Below are positions 24,205 through 37,199 of a stretch of 64,000 bases of DNA, piece after piece; the first letter of the stretch is position 1; each line of letters begins with the position of its first letter. Origin of the DNA: Chara braunii (taxonomy: Eukaryota; Plantae; Charophyceae). Made by a program: the position numbers and the translations under genes. Location: contig BFEA01000023.1 in the NCBI GenBank assembly GCA_003427395.1, positions 5,795,338 to 5,859,337 of the forward strand, given 5' to 3'. Below the pieces are notes generated by a model. That model saw only the letters and a program-made list of their open reading frames with translations, did not search any database and was not told where the DNA came from.

Positions 24205-24444
24205 ATGATGATGACAACAGCATCATGATGATGATGTTGGTCATGGCAGGGGTGGTGGTGGTGATAACCATCATGATGAAGGTGCTTTTATTATTGTTGT
24301 TGTTGCTGAGGCTGATGCTGATGCGGATGCGGATGCGGATGCGGATGCGGATGTGGATGCGGATGCGGATGCCGATGCCGATGCCGATGCCGATGCCGAT
24401 GCCGATGCCGATGCGGACGCGGATGCTTCTGCAGCTGCTGGCCT

Positions 24445-24475
<31 letters not shown>

Positions 24476-24520
24476 ATGATGGTTAAGAAAATGATGTTAT
24501 GATTGTGATGACGATGATGA
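24205..24520. repeat. Compound microsatellite (ATG)n/(GATGCG)n/(GATGCC)n
   Basis: Seen directly in sequence. Confidence 0.9.
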
Positions 24521-25080
24521 GGAGGAAATTGTGGAAAACAATCAGGGAGGAGCAGACTCAGGGCACACCATTGTGCCAAATGATAGTCAGGGGAGATATG
24601 AAGGGGAGCAGGATTCTAGATTTCGCACCGCTACACATTGTACATAGTGCTTCTTGTTACCTATGTTGTGAGTATGGGAACTGCGTGCAGCTATTCATGT
24701 GGAGTTACACTTCCCTACTGTTAATTGAGGTTTTCAGCCCATACAGATAAACTATTCATTCCAAGTGGATGTCCTGTTTTCTGACATCAAGATCAAAGGC
24801 TCCGAAGAGTCCTAACTACAAGGGGTGCCAGCCATTCCCAAAGGGGAAAACAATAGCAATTCATGGGGCTCGGATAAATGGGAGAAGTTCCTTTTTCATT
24901 TTGATGCATGCACTTCGATTGCAATTGTGTATTACGAAGATGTTAGTTTGGCATTCTTCAATTGAAGATAGAGTTAAGGCGTCCAGAGGTGCTTGCATTT
25001 TCAACTCATCACCTACATGCATCTCAAAGTAGGGAGCAGCTAGTAGTGGCTTCTGCCTTTTTCCAAACGTTGCTTGACAG

Positions 25081-25168
25081 AAATGCCCAAGAATGGGTCT
25101 CCATTTGGAAGAAAGACATCTATGCGTTACGCCATCCACGAGGTCATGTTGAGGTGGTCCATCAAGGG
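25081..25168 (+). CDS. Candidate exon 3 of NYN-like gene
   Basis: TTGACAG| acceptor and GGG|GTGAGT donor; phase 2->0, compatible with exon 2. (R)NAQEWVSIWKKDIYALRHPRGHVEVVHQG resembles NYN LR.RG..V. Confidence 0.35.
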
Positions 25169-25264
25169 GTGAGTAGCTGCCCGCGCCTGCCGCCTGTTTC
25201 ACACTGGATCTGGCCTGCTGTCCTGGATTCAGAAGAAAGTACAGATCAACATCTGGCAGCTCCA

Positions 25265-25342
<78 letters not shown>

Positions 25343-25481
25343 NNNNNNNNNNNNNNNNNNNNNNNNNNNNNNNNNNNNNNNNNNNNNNNNNNNNNNNNNN
25401 NNNNNNNNNNNNNNNNNNNNNNNNNNNNNNNNNTCTAGATACAGCTATAATGACCGTACGTTGTATTTGAGAGAACAAAAC

Positions 25482-25519
25482 CTGTCTCTTATACACATCT
25501 AGATGTGTATAAGAGACAG
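25482..25519. other. Nextera mate-pair junction adapter (assembly artefact)
   Basis: Exact CTGTCTCTTATACACATCT-AGATGTGTATAAGAGACAG. Confidence 0.97.
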
Positions 25520-26501
25520 CAATAGGCACCATAAAGGGGTAGCTAATAGGTCAAAAGTACATGAGGGAATAAGGACCCGAATGTATGGCCATGGATTAAA
25601 AAAAGCAATAGGATGCTGATGGGTAGGACTAGAGGTGGCTGATGGGTAAAAAAGTAACTGAGGATAGGAGGACCGAATATATGGCCGGGGATTAAAAAAC
25701 AATAGCAGGTCAAAAAAGTATGATGTGCTGCAGTAGGTGTGTTTTTTATATGGCCACGCATGAAAAGCTCTCTTTCATTGAGAGAGTGAGGATGAGATAG
25801 AAGTGGGAGCAGTTAGGGATGGGACATATGATTACCATCAAGGGTGGTTGCAGTTAGGAGGATAGGTTGGAAGGTCAGTAGAGAAGTGGGAGTCTCTCGG
25901 CCAAGGAAACCGGAAATCCAACCCCTCACTTGGATGCCCTTGATGCAAGAGTGTCAGATGGCCCTCTGCCCCAGCCCTAGCGGAAGTAACCATTTTTATA
26001 TATTAAAAACAAAGGGTCCCTAGTTGAGTCTTTTGGACAAAAAAAAGGAGATTTCTTTTCAAAATACAGACCGAAGTTCGAATCCAGAATCCGGATGCAA
26101 TCTGATGAACAGAAAATTCCGAATTACCGGGGGGCCGGTCAGTTCAATGATCATATCTCTAGGCTGTTGCCCTTTATTAAAAGGTAAAAAAATGAAAGTA
26201 CGTCACACTTTATAAAAAGGAAAAACAAATGAAAGCACGTCACAGCATGCGGGACCACCTCGGGACTGCTAAAAATCAAAACCCCCAGTTTCCGCCTGGT
26301 GCTGAGGCTGCCTGGGACCTCAACTGGGGGGGTGGGTCGGCCAACGGGCACCCAGGCACGGCTATTGGTGTGTTCCTGGGACCCAGGCACCCACGGAGGT
26401 ATCCCAGTGTTGTGGCACACTGGCTACTACATACAGAGGATGGTCACCTGAAATGCCATATATTGTCTACCGCAATGAAACTAAGGGTGCACACGCACGC
26501 G

Positions 26502-26559
<58 letters not shown>

Positions 26560-26875
26560 NNNNNNNNNNNNNNNNNNNNNNNNNNNNNNNNNNNNNNNNN
26601 NNNNNNNNNNNNNNNNNNNNNNNNNNNNNNNNNNNNNNNNNNNNNNNNNNNNNNNNNNNNNNNNNNNNNNNNNNNNNNNNNNNNNNNNNNNNNNNNNNNN
26701 NNNNNNNNNNNNNNNNNNNNNNNNNNNNNNNNNNNNNNNNNNNNNNNNNNNNNNNNNNNNNNNNNNNNNNNNNNNNNNNNNNNNNNNNNNNNNNNNNNNN
26801 NNNNNNNNNNNNNNNNNNNNNNNNNNNNNNNNNNNNNNNNNNNNNNNNNNNNNNNNNNNNNNNNNNNNNNNNNNN

Positions 26876-26917
<42 letters not shown>

Positions 26918-27968
26918 CTGAATGGCAAAATTGAAATATGGGTCAAATTGTGGCTGCGATCTATTTCACAGTTGGAACGATTTTTTTAAATTTATGTAGC
27001 ATTTTCCTGGAAAGATCACAACAAAATCTACGAGTGCTCCAATTTTCAGGTTTTTCTCACATTCTTCTGAGCNCGAAAACTCACTGAATTTGGAGTACTT
27101 TTTCAGTTGGCCCACACATGGCTGAGTGGCAAAAATGGAAAATGTGCCGAATAGGCGCGACGATTATTTTGCGGTCTAAATGATTTTTTGAAAATGTTCT
27201 TATATTTTTCCTGGAAAGAACATGACCTCATCTATGGATTCTCAAAATTTCTGAATTTTCTGCGGATCCTTCTGAGCACAGAAAATCGCCAAAGTTGCCT
27301 CTTGCAAAATGCCTGTTTCGTTGTGTCTGACCTCGATGTTTTGAGAAGACGGGCCTCAAAGCCTGGGCCTGAGGGCCCTTTTGCAGTTCACATGCCCTCA
27401 CTTCTTTTTGGGTTCCACCCGAGGACCCGTTCTTCCTTTTTTGAAAGTACCGGTTCTACCAGAGCTAGCTGTATGTAGTCTGCAGTTTTTGCTAGCCCGG
27501 GGGAGACAGGTTTAGGTGTGTACGTTGAGTGGACCTCATGGGTGCAATACTTGCTGCCTTCTAAAACATTGTCCAAAATGCTAGTAAGATACACCACCTT
27601 TTTTTTTTCCTTTCAAAAAGCCATCTTCTCCTCATTGGGGAACAGCTGTGTTTCTTTTCTCTTTTTTGCACTACCGACCATCGGGGCACTTCTCAGACCA
27701 TCAGAACGTTACTAGCAAACGGAGTTTAACAGACCATCAGCGCACTCCTCAGATCATCAGGACGTTATGAGCAAGCTCTACTCCGTGCGGGTAGTAGTAC
27801 CCAGGCTCCTAACCCCTGGCGATGGGGGGGGGGGGGGGGGGCGAGACCAGAAGGGCCAAGCCGAATATCTTAGCTGGTGAACCCGTTGCGTGCCGCAGGC
27901 ACTTAATCCCAAATTTAGGCCCATGGGGCCTCTTTTCCTTTCTCCTATCCACAGTTATTAAATCTTAA

Positions 27969-28421
27969 ACCACCAGTCGTTGGCCCAGCTACTGGCCACC
28001 GAAAAAAATAGAGTAGAAATGTTTCTAGTCGGATGAACTATGGTGTTCCTGCAGTGGCCCGTACGTTTCCTAAAATTGTGGCTTGTTAACGGGCAGGACT
28101 TTAGGAAGAACTGGTGAACCCATTGTGTGCCGCTGGCACTTATCCCAAATTTAGGCTCATGGGACCTCTTTTTCTTACTCCTATGATGTGTCCTATCCAC
28201 AGTTATTAAATCTTAAACCACTAGTACTCTTCCCAGCAATCGGCCGCGGGAAAAAATAGAGTAGAAACGTTTGTAGCCGGATGAATTTGGGCGCGCCGCA
28301 GGAAAAAATAGAGTAGAAACGTTTCTAGTCGGATGAATTTGGGCGCTTTGTAGTGGCCCGTACGTTTCCTAAAATCGTGGCTTGTTAACGGGCACGACTT
28401 TAGGATGAACTGACTGGTGGT
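27969..28421. mobile_element. TTAA-flanked MITE with internal duplication
   Basis: TTAA-ACCACCAGT...ACTGGTGGT-TTAA. Related termini at ~17023, 17277, 28212 and 45494. Confidence 0.6.
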
Positions 28422-28429
28422 TTAAGTTA

Positions 28430-29130
28430 CCAAATTTTAACAGTCTAACTGTATACCAAGCAGCAATTGCCTCTTGCAGTTATTTGATGCTTGTGGCAAC
28501 GACTGTTGGGATATTCATGGGGCAGGGCTCCAATGGCATCTGAATGGCAGATTATCCTGAAGTTATGAATGACTTTTGACTCTTTTTTAGTACTGAGATT
28601 TCAGAACAGCCACCACTGTGCCTGTAACAAAGTGGGCGTTCCAAAGATGACTGGCCGAAATTTTGTTACGTGGCATACCGGTAAGTGCCGTGTATGATGT
28701 AGCCCAGTTGTGCTAGGCTCAGCAAAAAGGTCTCTAGAATAGGCATAATCTACCAGGAGATCATCTTATGTAGAAAGGGAATGGACCTTAGTTCAACAGT
28801 ATGCCCAATGATCTGGGTTGAATCTGAAAATAGTGAGGAAGATAACCTGTTGCTGTCTTGTTGGGGGCATGAAGCCACAAAGCCCGGTAGGCTCCATACT
28901 GCCTCCGAAAGTGGTCTGTTCTGGGTAAACATTGATTGTACCCTCAGAAATGGGGTATTCAGAGATAATTACCTGCCTTAGTGACTGGCTACTGTCCCAC
29001 TGTGCGTGGTGAAAATAGCGTTTCAAAGTGATCCTTGCCCAAGAATGCTGGTGATGGTGCGCCAACCTGCAAATGTTCCCTTTATGAGGCTTTATCAGCA
29101 TACTACTCTAAGATCCTCATCGCCCCATGC
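28430..29130 (-). pseudogene. Decayed LINE ORF2-like remnant
   Basis: Frameshifted minus-strand coding-like sequence with Trp-spaced motifs typical of the L1 region downstream of RT. Weak. Confidence 0.3.
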
Positions 29131-29169
29131 ATGCATCCCTGTGCAAGACCATGTTCTACGTAGAATTGG

Positions 29170-29990
29170 TGTTGGTTGAGAGAGTCGGAGGGTTGTGACG
29201 CCCAACCTCGTGCTCGGCGACTTCCTGATCAGAGTGAGAGTGGGCCTGGAAGTCCAAAAAGGGGGTGTGCCAAGGATTTTAGGAAAGTCGGGGTGGAGTC
29301 CCAGGTCGGAACTGAGATCTCCGGTGACAAGTTTCCGGGATGTGAATGCAAGAGGGTAGGCGTGGATCAGAGTCCTGTTTTACGCTTCGGAGAGTGGAGC
29401 TACTGCCTTTGTTGGTTCCGTTGTCTGGGTCGGACTCATATGTGGTGTACCGTCGGGACGTTATGGCTATCTCGCTGGCTGATCACCTGCCGACGTCTAA
29501 CGTCGTGTAAGTAACGAGCCTCTTCGGCTGGGCTCACACGTACGTGCACAGGGTCTGTCCGTCGGCCAGGTGGGTAAAGATCGGCAGCTCACAACCTGCA
29601 CACACTTGGCCTGTTGTTGTGAGACAGACATCTAATCATCTAGCATGCTCATCTAGGTTCATACTCAGACAGAAAAACACCAAACATCCATGCATCCAGC
29701 TTCGAACACACACACACCAAAAAAAGGAGTTGACAATCATTTGTGCATCAATTCTTCGGCCGCTGGCCAGGGATCATACAAAATTTGATCGTGGGTGACC
29801 AATCAATTAGATCGCCGATTCATGCAAAAAGAGGAGGGAAGCGGGGGAGACAGTCACACATCAATCCTCAAGGAGGAAACAAAGAAAAAGCCCGAGATGC
29901 CAATCTAAAAAGACAAGGGCGACTTGCACCAGATACCAAAATTGCTTAGAGGAATAGAAGAGCACCAGCATCACAACAGATCCCGTCTCT

Positions 29991-30063
<73 letters not shown>

Positions 30064-31261
30064 CTGTCTCTTATACACATCTAGATGTGTATAAGAGACA
30101 GCTCTCTCTCTCTCTCTTCACAACACCCCGAGGCGGACAGTCCGTCGCCGCACCCTCCACACAGAGTTGTCACCTCGCTTAGCCTAAACATGCAAGCCAG
30201 GTTCGCCCGTGTGCCACAGTCCGTCACGACCGCACGTCAACCCCGCATGTGCAGCACCAGTCCATCGGATTGCCCAACTCTCCACTCACCTTCCGACTTC
30301 TGGTCGTTAGCCGATCCTCTCGACCGCGCTAACTCCGAAATTCATAGAGAGCGAGTTAATCGCGCTTGCAAAATTTATAGCATGCATGCTTGCGCGAGAT
30401 ACCCGGGATTGTGTCTGAGTGGGAAGGGAGGAGGAGGAAAGGAAGTGCCTATAACTGGATGGCCAGGCCGTGGCGTGGGGGACGAAGCCACATTCCACAC
30501 ATCGATCCAGTCATGCAATCGCTCAGGCCAATGGGACAGGGGGAGAAGTATGTGCACGCAGGGGCGCCACAAAAGATATCAAGAACGAGAGGATTACAGT
30601 TACAATCACACCCGCCAAAAGAAGAATAACAGTTGCACGTAAGATTAAGGCGCGAAAAAGTCAGAGCACAGATCCTGACGCGGCAAAGCGTGCGCAAGCA
30701 AGAAGCGCCGTGCAGCAAAATTGAGATGCACCCAAATTCCTAGCCTAAATTTAATTACAAAAAGAAATTCCGAAAGAAGAAAATTCCGATATCAGTTGAA
30801 AATGCAAGAAGATTTTCCCTCGCGGCGATTGTGCCAAAATTCCTATTTCCCCCAGCAGAACAAGAAAGAAGCTATGGCAACAGGTATCTTCCGCGCTCGC
30901 TAAGGCGCGATCAACTAACAACCGTCGTGGGACCATGCCAGCCTCAATTCCAGAAACAAGAAAAGCAAGGGCACGCATGCAATCCAACGGGCCATCCCGA
31001 TTCAACCCCCGATGTAGCCTTTCACAGAAAGTCGCGCGGTTGCAGAAAACAGTTCGTCACAGGGTGGGCATAATCTATAGCTCGCTCTCACCCCTGACGG
31101 GCATTGCTAATTATCATTTCCAGACGCCGATCTCCACTATATGTGTCTTCATCACCGGTTCCACGGTGGCTGTGTCCCTCGACATCTCTCGGTTAGCTCT
31201 TAAACAAGTCCTCGCCAGGAAGTTTTTAGTGGTGGGTGGACTTTTGGGCCAGGTTGCAACA
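29170..31261. mobile_element. Possible LTR-derived sequence (chimeric across adapter)
   Basis: TGTTG...CAACA termini and GC-rich content, but no matching TSD. Contains the Nextera junction at 30064. Confidence 0.3.
30064..30101. other. Nextera mate-pair junction adapter (assembly artefact)
   Basis: Exact 38-nt palindromic junction adapter. Confidence 0.97.
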
Positions 31262-31318
31262 CGTTGTTCAAACGTCTCCGGCCTGGTCCCACTCGGGCGC
31301 CCATAGATATGGTGTCAG

Positions 31319-31459
31319 AAGGTATATAGCATGGAGAAACAGCAGGCAAGGCAGCTGATCTTGTGCCATTGTGGCTGTGGGCAGTGGCCCTGGGGCAGGG
31401 CTCTTTGGTGCGAGTATATCAACAAGGTTCAGTGTCCTTCTGACATTCTCCCAGCCAAG
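31319..31459 (+). CDS. Candidate exon 4 of NYN-like gene
   Basis: 47 open codons KVYSMEKQQARQLILCHCGCGQWPWGRALW...LPAK, donor AAG|GTATGC, phase 0->0. Acceptor is weak. Confidence 0.3.
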
Positions 31460-31820
31460 GTATGCACTGTATGCAGTTCCTCCATAATCCGAGATTAGCT
31501 TCAGATATCTCTGTGTGGTTCGGCCCGTTAATGTTCAGTCAACTAGAGTTCGTAATTTCTGCATCTCCAATCAAGTTACCTTCTGTTACTATGTAGCCAA
31601 GATTCCAGTAATCATGATAACTGGTTGCCCCCCATGGCTTCACCCAGTTGTTCGTCGGCTATTACATAGACGAGACACAATTATTATCACAAGTGGGTGC
31701 TTGCCTTGGCCTCGCCCGCAGGAGAGAGGTGGGGTAGGGAAGGATAGAGGAGGGTGTAGAAGAGCAGAGGGGGATAACAGGGGTGGGGTAAGAGAGCAGC
31801 GAGCTTCGACTCTGACTCTG

Positions 31821-31914
<94 letters not shown>

Positions 31915-32627
31915 NNNNNNNNNNNNNNNNNNNNNNNNNNNNNNNNNNNNNNNNNNNNNNNNNNNNNNNNNNNNNNNNNNNNNNNNNNNNNNNNNNNNNN
32001 NNNNNNNNNNNNNNNNNNNNNNNNNNNNNNNNNNNNNNNNNNNNNNNNNNNNNNNNNNNNNNNNNNNNNNNNNNNNNNNNNNNNNNNNNNNNNNNNNNNN
32101 NNNNNNNNNNNNNNNNNNNNNNNNNNNNNNNNNNNNNNNNNNNNNNNNNNNNNNNNNNNNNNNNNNNNNNNNNNNNNNNNNNNNNNNNNNNNNNNNNNNN
32201 NNNNNNNNNNNNNNNNNNNNNNNNNNNNNNNNNNNNNNNNNNNNNNNNNNNNNNNNNNNNNNNNNNNNNNNNNNNNNNNNNNNNNNNNNNNNNNNNNNNN
32301 NNNNNNNNNNNNNNNNNNNNNNNNNNNNNNNNNNNNNNNNNNNNNNNNNNNNNNNNNNNNNNNNNNNNNNNNNNNNNNNNNNNNNNNNNNNNNNNNNNNN
32401 NNNNNNNNNNNNNNNNNNNNNNNNNNNNNNNNNNNNNNNNNNNNNNNNNNNNNNNNNNNNNNNNNNNNNNNNNNNNNNNNNNNNNNNNNNNNNNNNNNNN
32501 NNNNNNNNNNNNNNNNNNNNNNNNNNNNNNNNNNNNNNNNNNNNNNNNNNNNNNNNNNNNNNNNNNNNNNNNNNNNNNNNNNNNNNNNNNNNNNNNNNNN
32601 NNNNNNNNNNNNNNNNNNNNNNNNNNN

Positions 32628-32708
<81 letters not shown>

Positions 32709-32921
32709 CTTTTCCGTGTGCTTCATGCTGTCGACTCTTTTCTGGATTTGTTTTGCAAAGTGTTGTCCTTTAGTTGATACTAGCTTGATGGCTATATGAC
32801 AATTTCTGGATAGCGTGCGTGTCCATGTGCACAGTATTCTCTACTCTGTAGAAACTGTGAAATTTGTGTGGTCCATGTTTCTCTACCTTACGGGTGCTAT
32901 GCCAATGTATGCTTGTTTCAG

Positions 32922-33227
32922 AAAAAGGCGAAGCGCAATGGACACATTGGAGAAGACGACAAACTGGAGAGGCTGCAGTTGATGTCTGAGGATGGCTCTG
33001 ATGTCGTGGAGATTGGTGATGATTTAACGCTGGGGGATATCCTACTATTAGCACCTGACAGAAGAATCAATGCAGTTGTGTGGTCCCCACCACCTCCCTA
33101 TGTTCCTCCTCCTGTGGATTTTCCTTGTCAACCACCTCCTATGCAGTCTCCACTGCCCCCTCCACCACCGCCATCCTCAGAAGGAAAGAAACGCTGGATA
33201 CTCGACTGGAGCTGGTGCTGGAAGTAA
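32922..33227 (+). CDS. Terminal exon: C-terminal half of ubiquitin-like domain, Pro-rich linker and Trp-rich tail
   Basis: TTGTTTCAG| acceptor in phase 0. KKAKRNGHIGEDDKLERLQLMSEDGSDVVEIGDDLTLGDILLLAPDRRINAVVW (cf. ubiquitin LEDGRTLSD...LHLVL), then PPPP..., KKRWILDWSWCWK*. Confidence 0.6.
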   Translation, partial: KKAKRNGHIGEDDKLERLQLMSEDGSDVVEIGDDLTLGDILLLAPDRRINAVVWSPPPPYVPPPVDFPCQPPPMQSPLPPPPPPSSEGKKRWILDWSWCWK

Positions 33228-33482
33228 GTTTTCTCGGCCACCACTTGACCTAAGCTTAACACAGATTTTGACGAGCATGCAGAGGCTTCTCAGGCTAGTC
33301 TGAGGCGCTCTCCTCTTTTGGATTTTTTGGCATCATGCAATACCTGACATCTCTTCGACAGGTAGGAGGACCTTTAAAGGTCGAACAAACAGCAGGCTGG
33401 CAGGACCCCGTCTCCAAATGGTCACATCAGCCAGGGCGGGCGAAGGGTATGACCTGGTCCAGCTGACACTCCTTGCTCACGG

Positions 33483-34015
33483 CGTCTTCCCTCGTACAGC
33501 GACGATTCCCCCATTTTCACCCTTCCCCTTACCTCTGTGCTGCCAAGCATTTTTATCACAAGAGGTACACTCAGGCTCTGAAATGCTGTGGATTGCATTA
33601 GATAGCAAATTCATTCTACCGGTGAGGAAATCCACCACGGACACATGCAGTGAATTGAATGGGCTTGGGAAAGAATGCAACCAGGGCCGCCCCCTGGCCG
33701 GCCTATCGATAAGCACTAAGCTAGTTCCTCGCATCGTCTTCCCTCGTGCACCGGCTCCTCCCCGCATTTTCACCCTTCCCCCCTAACCTCTTTGCTGCCA
33801 ATCATTTTATTAAGGGAGGCACATTCAGGCTCTGAAATGCTGCGATGGCATCAGATAGGGAGGCACTTGCAGGGTCTGAAATGCTGTGATGGCATCAGAT
33901 AGCAAATTCATTCTACCGGTGAGGAAATCCATCACGGGCGCATGCAGCGTATTGAACTGGCCCGGAAAAGTATGCAACCAGGGCCACCCCCTGGCTGGCC
34001 TGTTGGTAAGCTCTG
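33483..34015. repeat. ~250-290-bp diverged tandem duplication
   Basis: CGTCTTCCCTCGT...AATTCATTCTACCGGTGAGGAAATCC...CCCCTGGC occurs twice. Confidence 0.8.
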
Positions 34016-35370
34016 AGTGCGTGCGAGCCCGCGACTTTTATGTGCTTTAGAAGTTATAGATCGACTGGATAAGCTTAAGCAAGCTTAAGCATGACCCTTC
34101 AAATTTTGAAGGAGGGTGACTGACCTGTTAAACAGCAGAATACAACTGAGAGTGCTAGGAACGAGTGAGCGATAAGAGAGAGAGAGAGGGATACTGCAAG
34201 AGGGGTCCTGGAGAACCATCATCTGAATGTGGTGCATTCAGTTGAGTTGGAGAGGATAGGAGAAAAGGACCCCTGCAAGGGCTTCAAGAGGGCTTTTCTG
34301 CAATGGCCTCAGAAAGGCCCTGGCAAGGGCTTTAAAATGCTCCCATGTAACGCCTTTTTCAGAGGGTCCCCGAGCATTCGCACATTGTCCAGGCCCTATT
34401 TTCTGCTCGCTCATAGAAACCCTTGAAGGGCTTCCTGAACACCTTGAAGGTGTCGGTCAGAGGCATGCGTGATGTCTGTCCTGTGCCCATTTTTACAGCC
34501 CTTGCTTGCCATGTGCGATGATTTTCTGCAGGACGGGACGAGACGAGCAAGAGTTCGAATTTATCTTACGACATCCGGCTCGCCCATGCGTCCCAGTTTG
34601 GAGGGAAGGGTGGAAGGAGGGTGAGAAGGCGAAGACTCCTGTCCGGTATGTTTACGATGGGGATGTCACGATCTGTGAAAAGTTTTCTGTAAAATCATAT
34701 CCGGCTCGCCAAGATTTTGATATCCTATCATCTTTTGTGAATTGATCCTTCTAGGGCAATTGTTGGGTGGTGTAGAGCATTGATGACACTGTGAAGCTCA
34801 TATCCATTTATTTTTCTTATCTTAAGAGCAACAGGCAGACAAATGAGTGCGTTTCGAAAACATGCATAGATCCTGTGTCCTCACAAGTTTTGCCAGGGCC
34901 CAAGAAGGGTAATTGCTGCTGCCCTGAATCTGATTGTGCATCATTTATGTGCACCAGGCCCCATTTGCACAGCATTCGCTAAGCCGATAGCGTTTCAAGT
35001 TTCACCAGGTCCCTTTCCCACTGAACATAATTTTTGAAGTTTGAACACATACGCTTGTAATCCTCTGTGACTGAAGCTTGTTGTTGCTGGTAGTGTTGCC
35101 TGTGTTGCTTATTTGTCGCCCGCCCGCTCAAGATTTTTGGTGTCAATGCTGCTCGTATGCTTGTTCCTTGGTAAATAAAAGCATGCCATAGTTGAGTTGC
35201 TTTCCATCTTTTTTTATCTCACCTAAGAGGTGCTGATGCCCGATGCAAACAACATGACTCTCTCTAAAGGGCCTGAAAGGAAAAAGAGAGAATAGACACT
35301 TTTCAGATCTGAAGTTAGCAGTCTGACAACTGATAGAATCACAGGAGAGCTGAACTCACAGCATCATTAA

Positions 35371-35648
35371 GGGCGTACTCACACAGCGGTGGCATTCTAG
35401 TAAAATCTGCTGAATTTTCTTTCCCGTGTTTGCTTGCAATCAGACTCACTTTCATTCACACTTTACATGCATGCAAACAGGTTGCGCAGCAAACTGGCGA
35501 CAAGCACCCACTCAGAACTCAGAGATATGGTAACCAAGAACGCAGCTCGGATACAAGTTCACTTCAAATGGCTATGGCGGCACAGCGCCTTTACAACTCT
35601 CTGTTCGCACACACAGGATCACCCTGGATATCCCACACGCGATACTCT

Positions 35649-35693
<45 letters not shown>

Positions 35694-36893
35694 ACTCTAT
35701 CTACAGCTATGGCGGCTATGGCCGCTGCTANCCTATCGCTATGGCTAAGCTCCTTCTCTCTCACCCACTTCGTCTTCGGGCTCACTGCAGACCACCTCGC
35801 ACAAGTCACTGTGGCAGCGCTTCCGCATGGCTCATGCAGGAATGAATGAATGGCTCGGCGCTGCCCTTTGATTTATACATCGGTGGCTCGTTGGTCTGAC
35901 CCTTTTCCCATGCCCGTGGTGCACACAGTCCCATGCGGTACTTGCTCGACTGGAGTAGGACCGACTGGGACGGGAACTGCTGACTCAGCACGGGTAGACT
36001 CCACCACTTGCCCACTTGCCTCAGCCGAAACGTGAGCAACTTCGAAAGGTCACTCCTAGGACCTTCCGGAAGGCCGTGGACTTGGCCCAAAGGTCACTCC
36101 TAGGACCTTCCGGAAGGCCGTGGACTTGGCCCTTCGCTACTGTAGCAGCTACGACCTTGACCCTTCAGGACTGTAGCAGCTACGACCTCGACGTTTCGGA
36201 AGAGCTACAGCTGTGACTTCTAGACCTTACTAAGACTCCTACCCGACAGGTCTACAGATCGAACCCCTACTACCTACGAACCGTACGACAGTCTACCAAC
36301 TGTTTCAAATACACAGGTCACGGGTTCAACTCTCGGGGTCGACACAGATACTATACACAGGTAAGGTGAGGACTAGGGATCGAGCCCTGGGATCTGCATT
36401 CGCTACTGCTAACAGGTGAATACGGTTTCATGCTGAAATAATACCCCGCCCGGTCACACATGGGTTGCAAATCAGAAAGGACACGAGAGGGACTCTCTGG
36501 CAATTGCAAAATTGGTGCCTCTCATGGTCACAAAGCGCAGAATTTTTCTTTTACCAATTCCCAAAAGGCGAAAGAGAATTTGCGACGGCCAAAAGAGAAT
36601 TTGCCACCACCTCTCGAGGTGGTTGGCATTTTAGGTGGTTGCAAAATGCCCATCCCCGCCGCCCCCCAGGCCGCTGACAAATGCTTCCCCGTTTGCAATT
36701 TTGGTGGTCGGAAAACCCTACCTTCTTCCCCGGAATACAACGTACGGTCATTATAGCTGTATTTGAGGCATCTTTCAGTCTAGATACAGCTATAATGACC
36801 GTACGTTGTATTCGGGGGAAGAAGGTAGTGTGACTCTAATAGCATAGCAGATTTTGCGATTTAGAAAAAAAAAACGCTAGTGTGAGTATGCCC
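35371..36893. mobile_element. PIF/Harbinger-type MITE carrying nested insertions
   Basis: TIR GGGCGTACTCACAC/GTGTGAGTATGCCC with TAA TSD on both sides. Related termini at 10705-10845. Confidence 0.7.
36718..36828. mobile_element. Near-perfect 111-bp hairpin MITE
   Basis: CTACCTTCTTCCCCGGAATACAACGTACGGTCATTATAGCTGTAT / ATACAGCTATAATGACCGTACGTTGTATTCGGGGGAAGAAGGTAG. Confidence 0.85.
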
Positions 36894-37199
36894 TAACATT
36901 TCCCAGCTATTTTGTTCTGACGACGGTTGACCCACCGCGTTTAACAGGAGCTTGGCCGCCCAGACGGAAATGACTGGTGGTGCCAGGCAACGAATAAATG
37001 TTGTGTGTGCCCGGTTCGTCGTGTTTTTATTGGCGCGCAGCGGCGTAGGAGAAATCTCGGTTGGGACAAAAAAGTTCGGAGGGACTCGTGGTTTAAGGCG
37101 TTTCATCTAATGGCTGCTGGAGGATGACACACTCTCAAATGGTCTATTTTCCTATTCTTTTCACCAAAAAAAAAACGCTTTTTGTTTTTGAGAGAAAAC

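Noticed and set aside
24129-24579. MRMRMR/ASASAS ORFs
   Set aside because: Translations of hexanucleotide microsatellites.
25482-25519. Tn5 mosaic ends as a genuine transposon or HGT signal
   Set aside because: The exact back-to-back arrangement is the Nextera mate-pair adapter.
31310-31319. TGGTGTCAGA as a PBS
   Set aside because: Not immediately preceded by an LTR end and no retroelement internal sequence follows.
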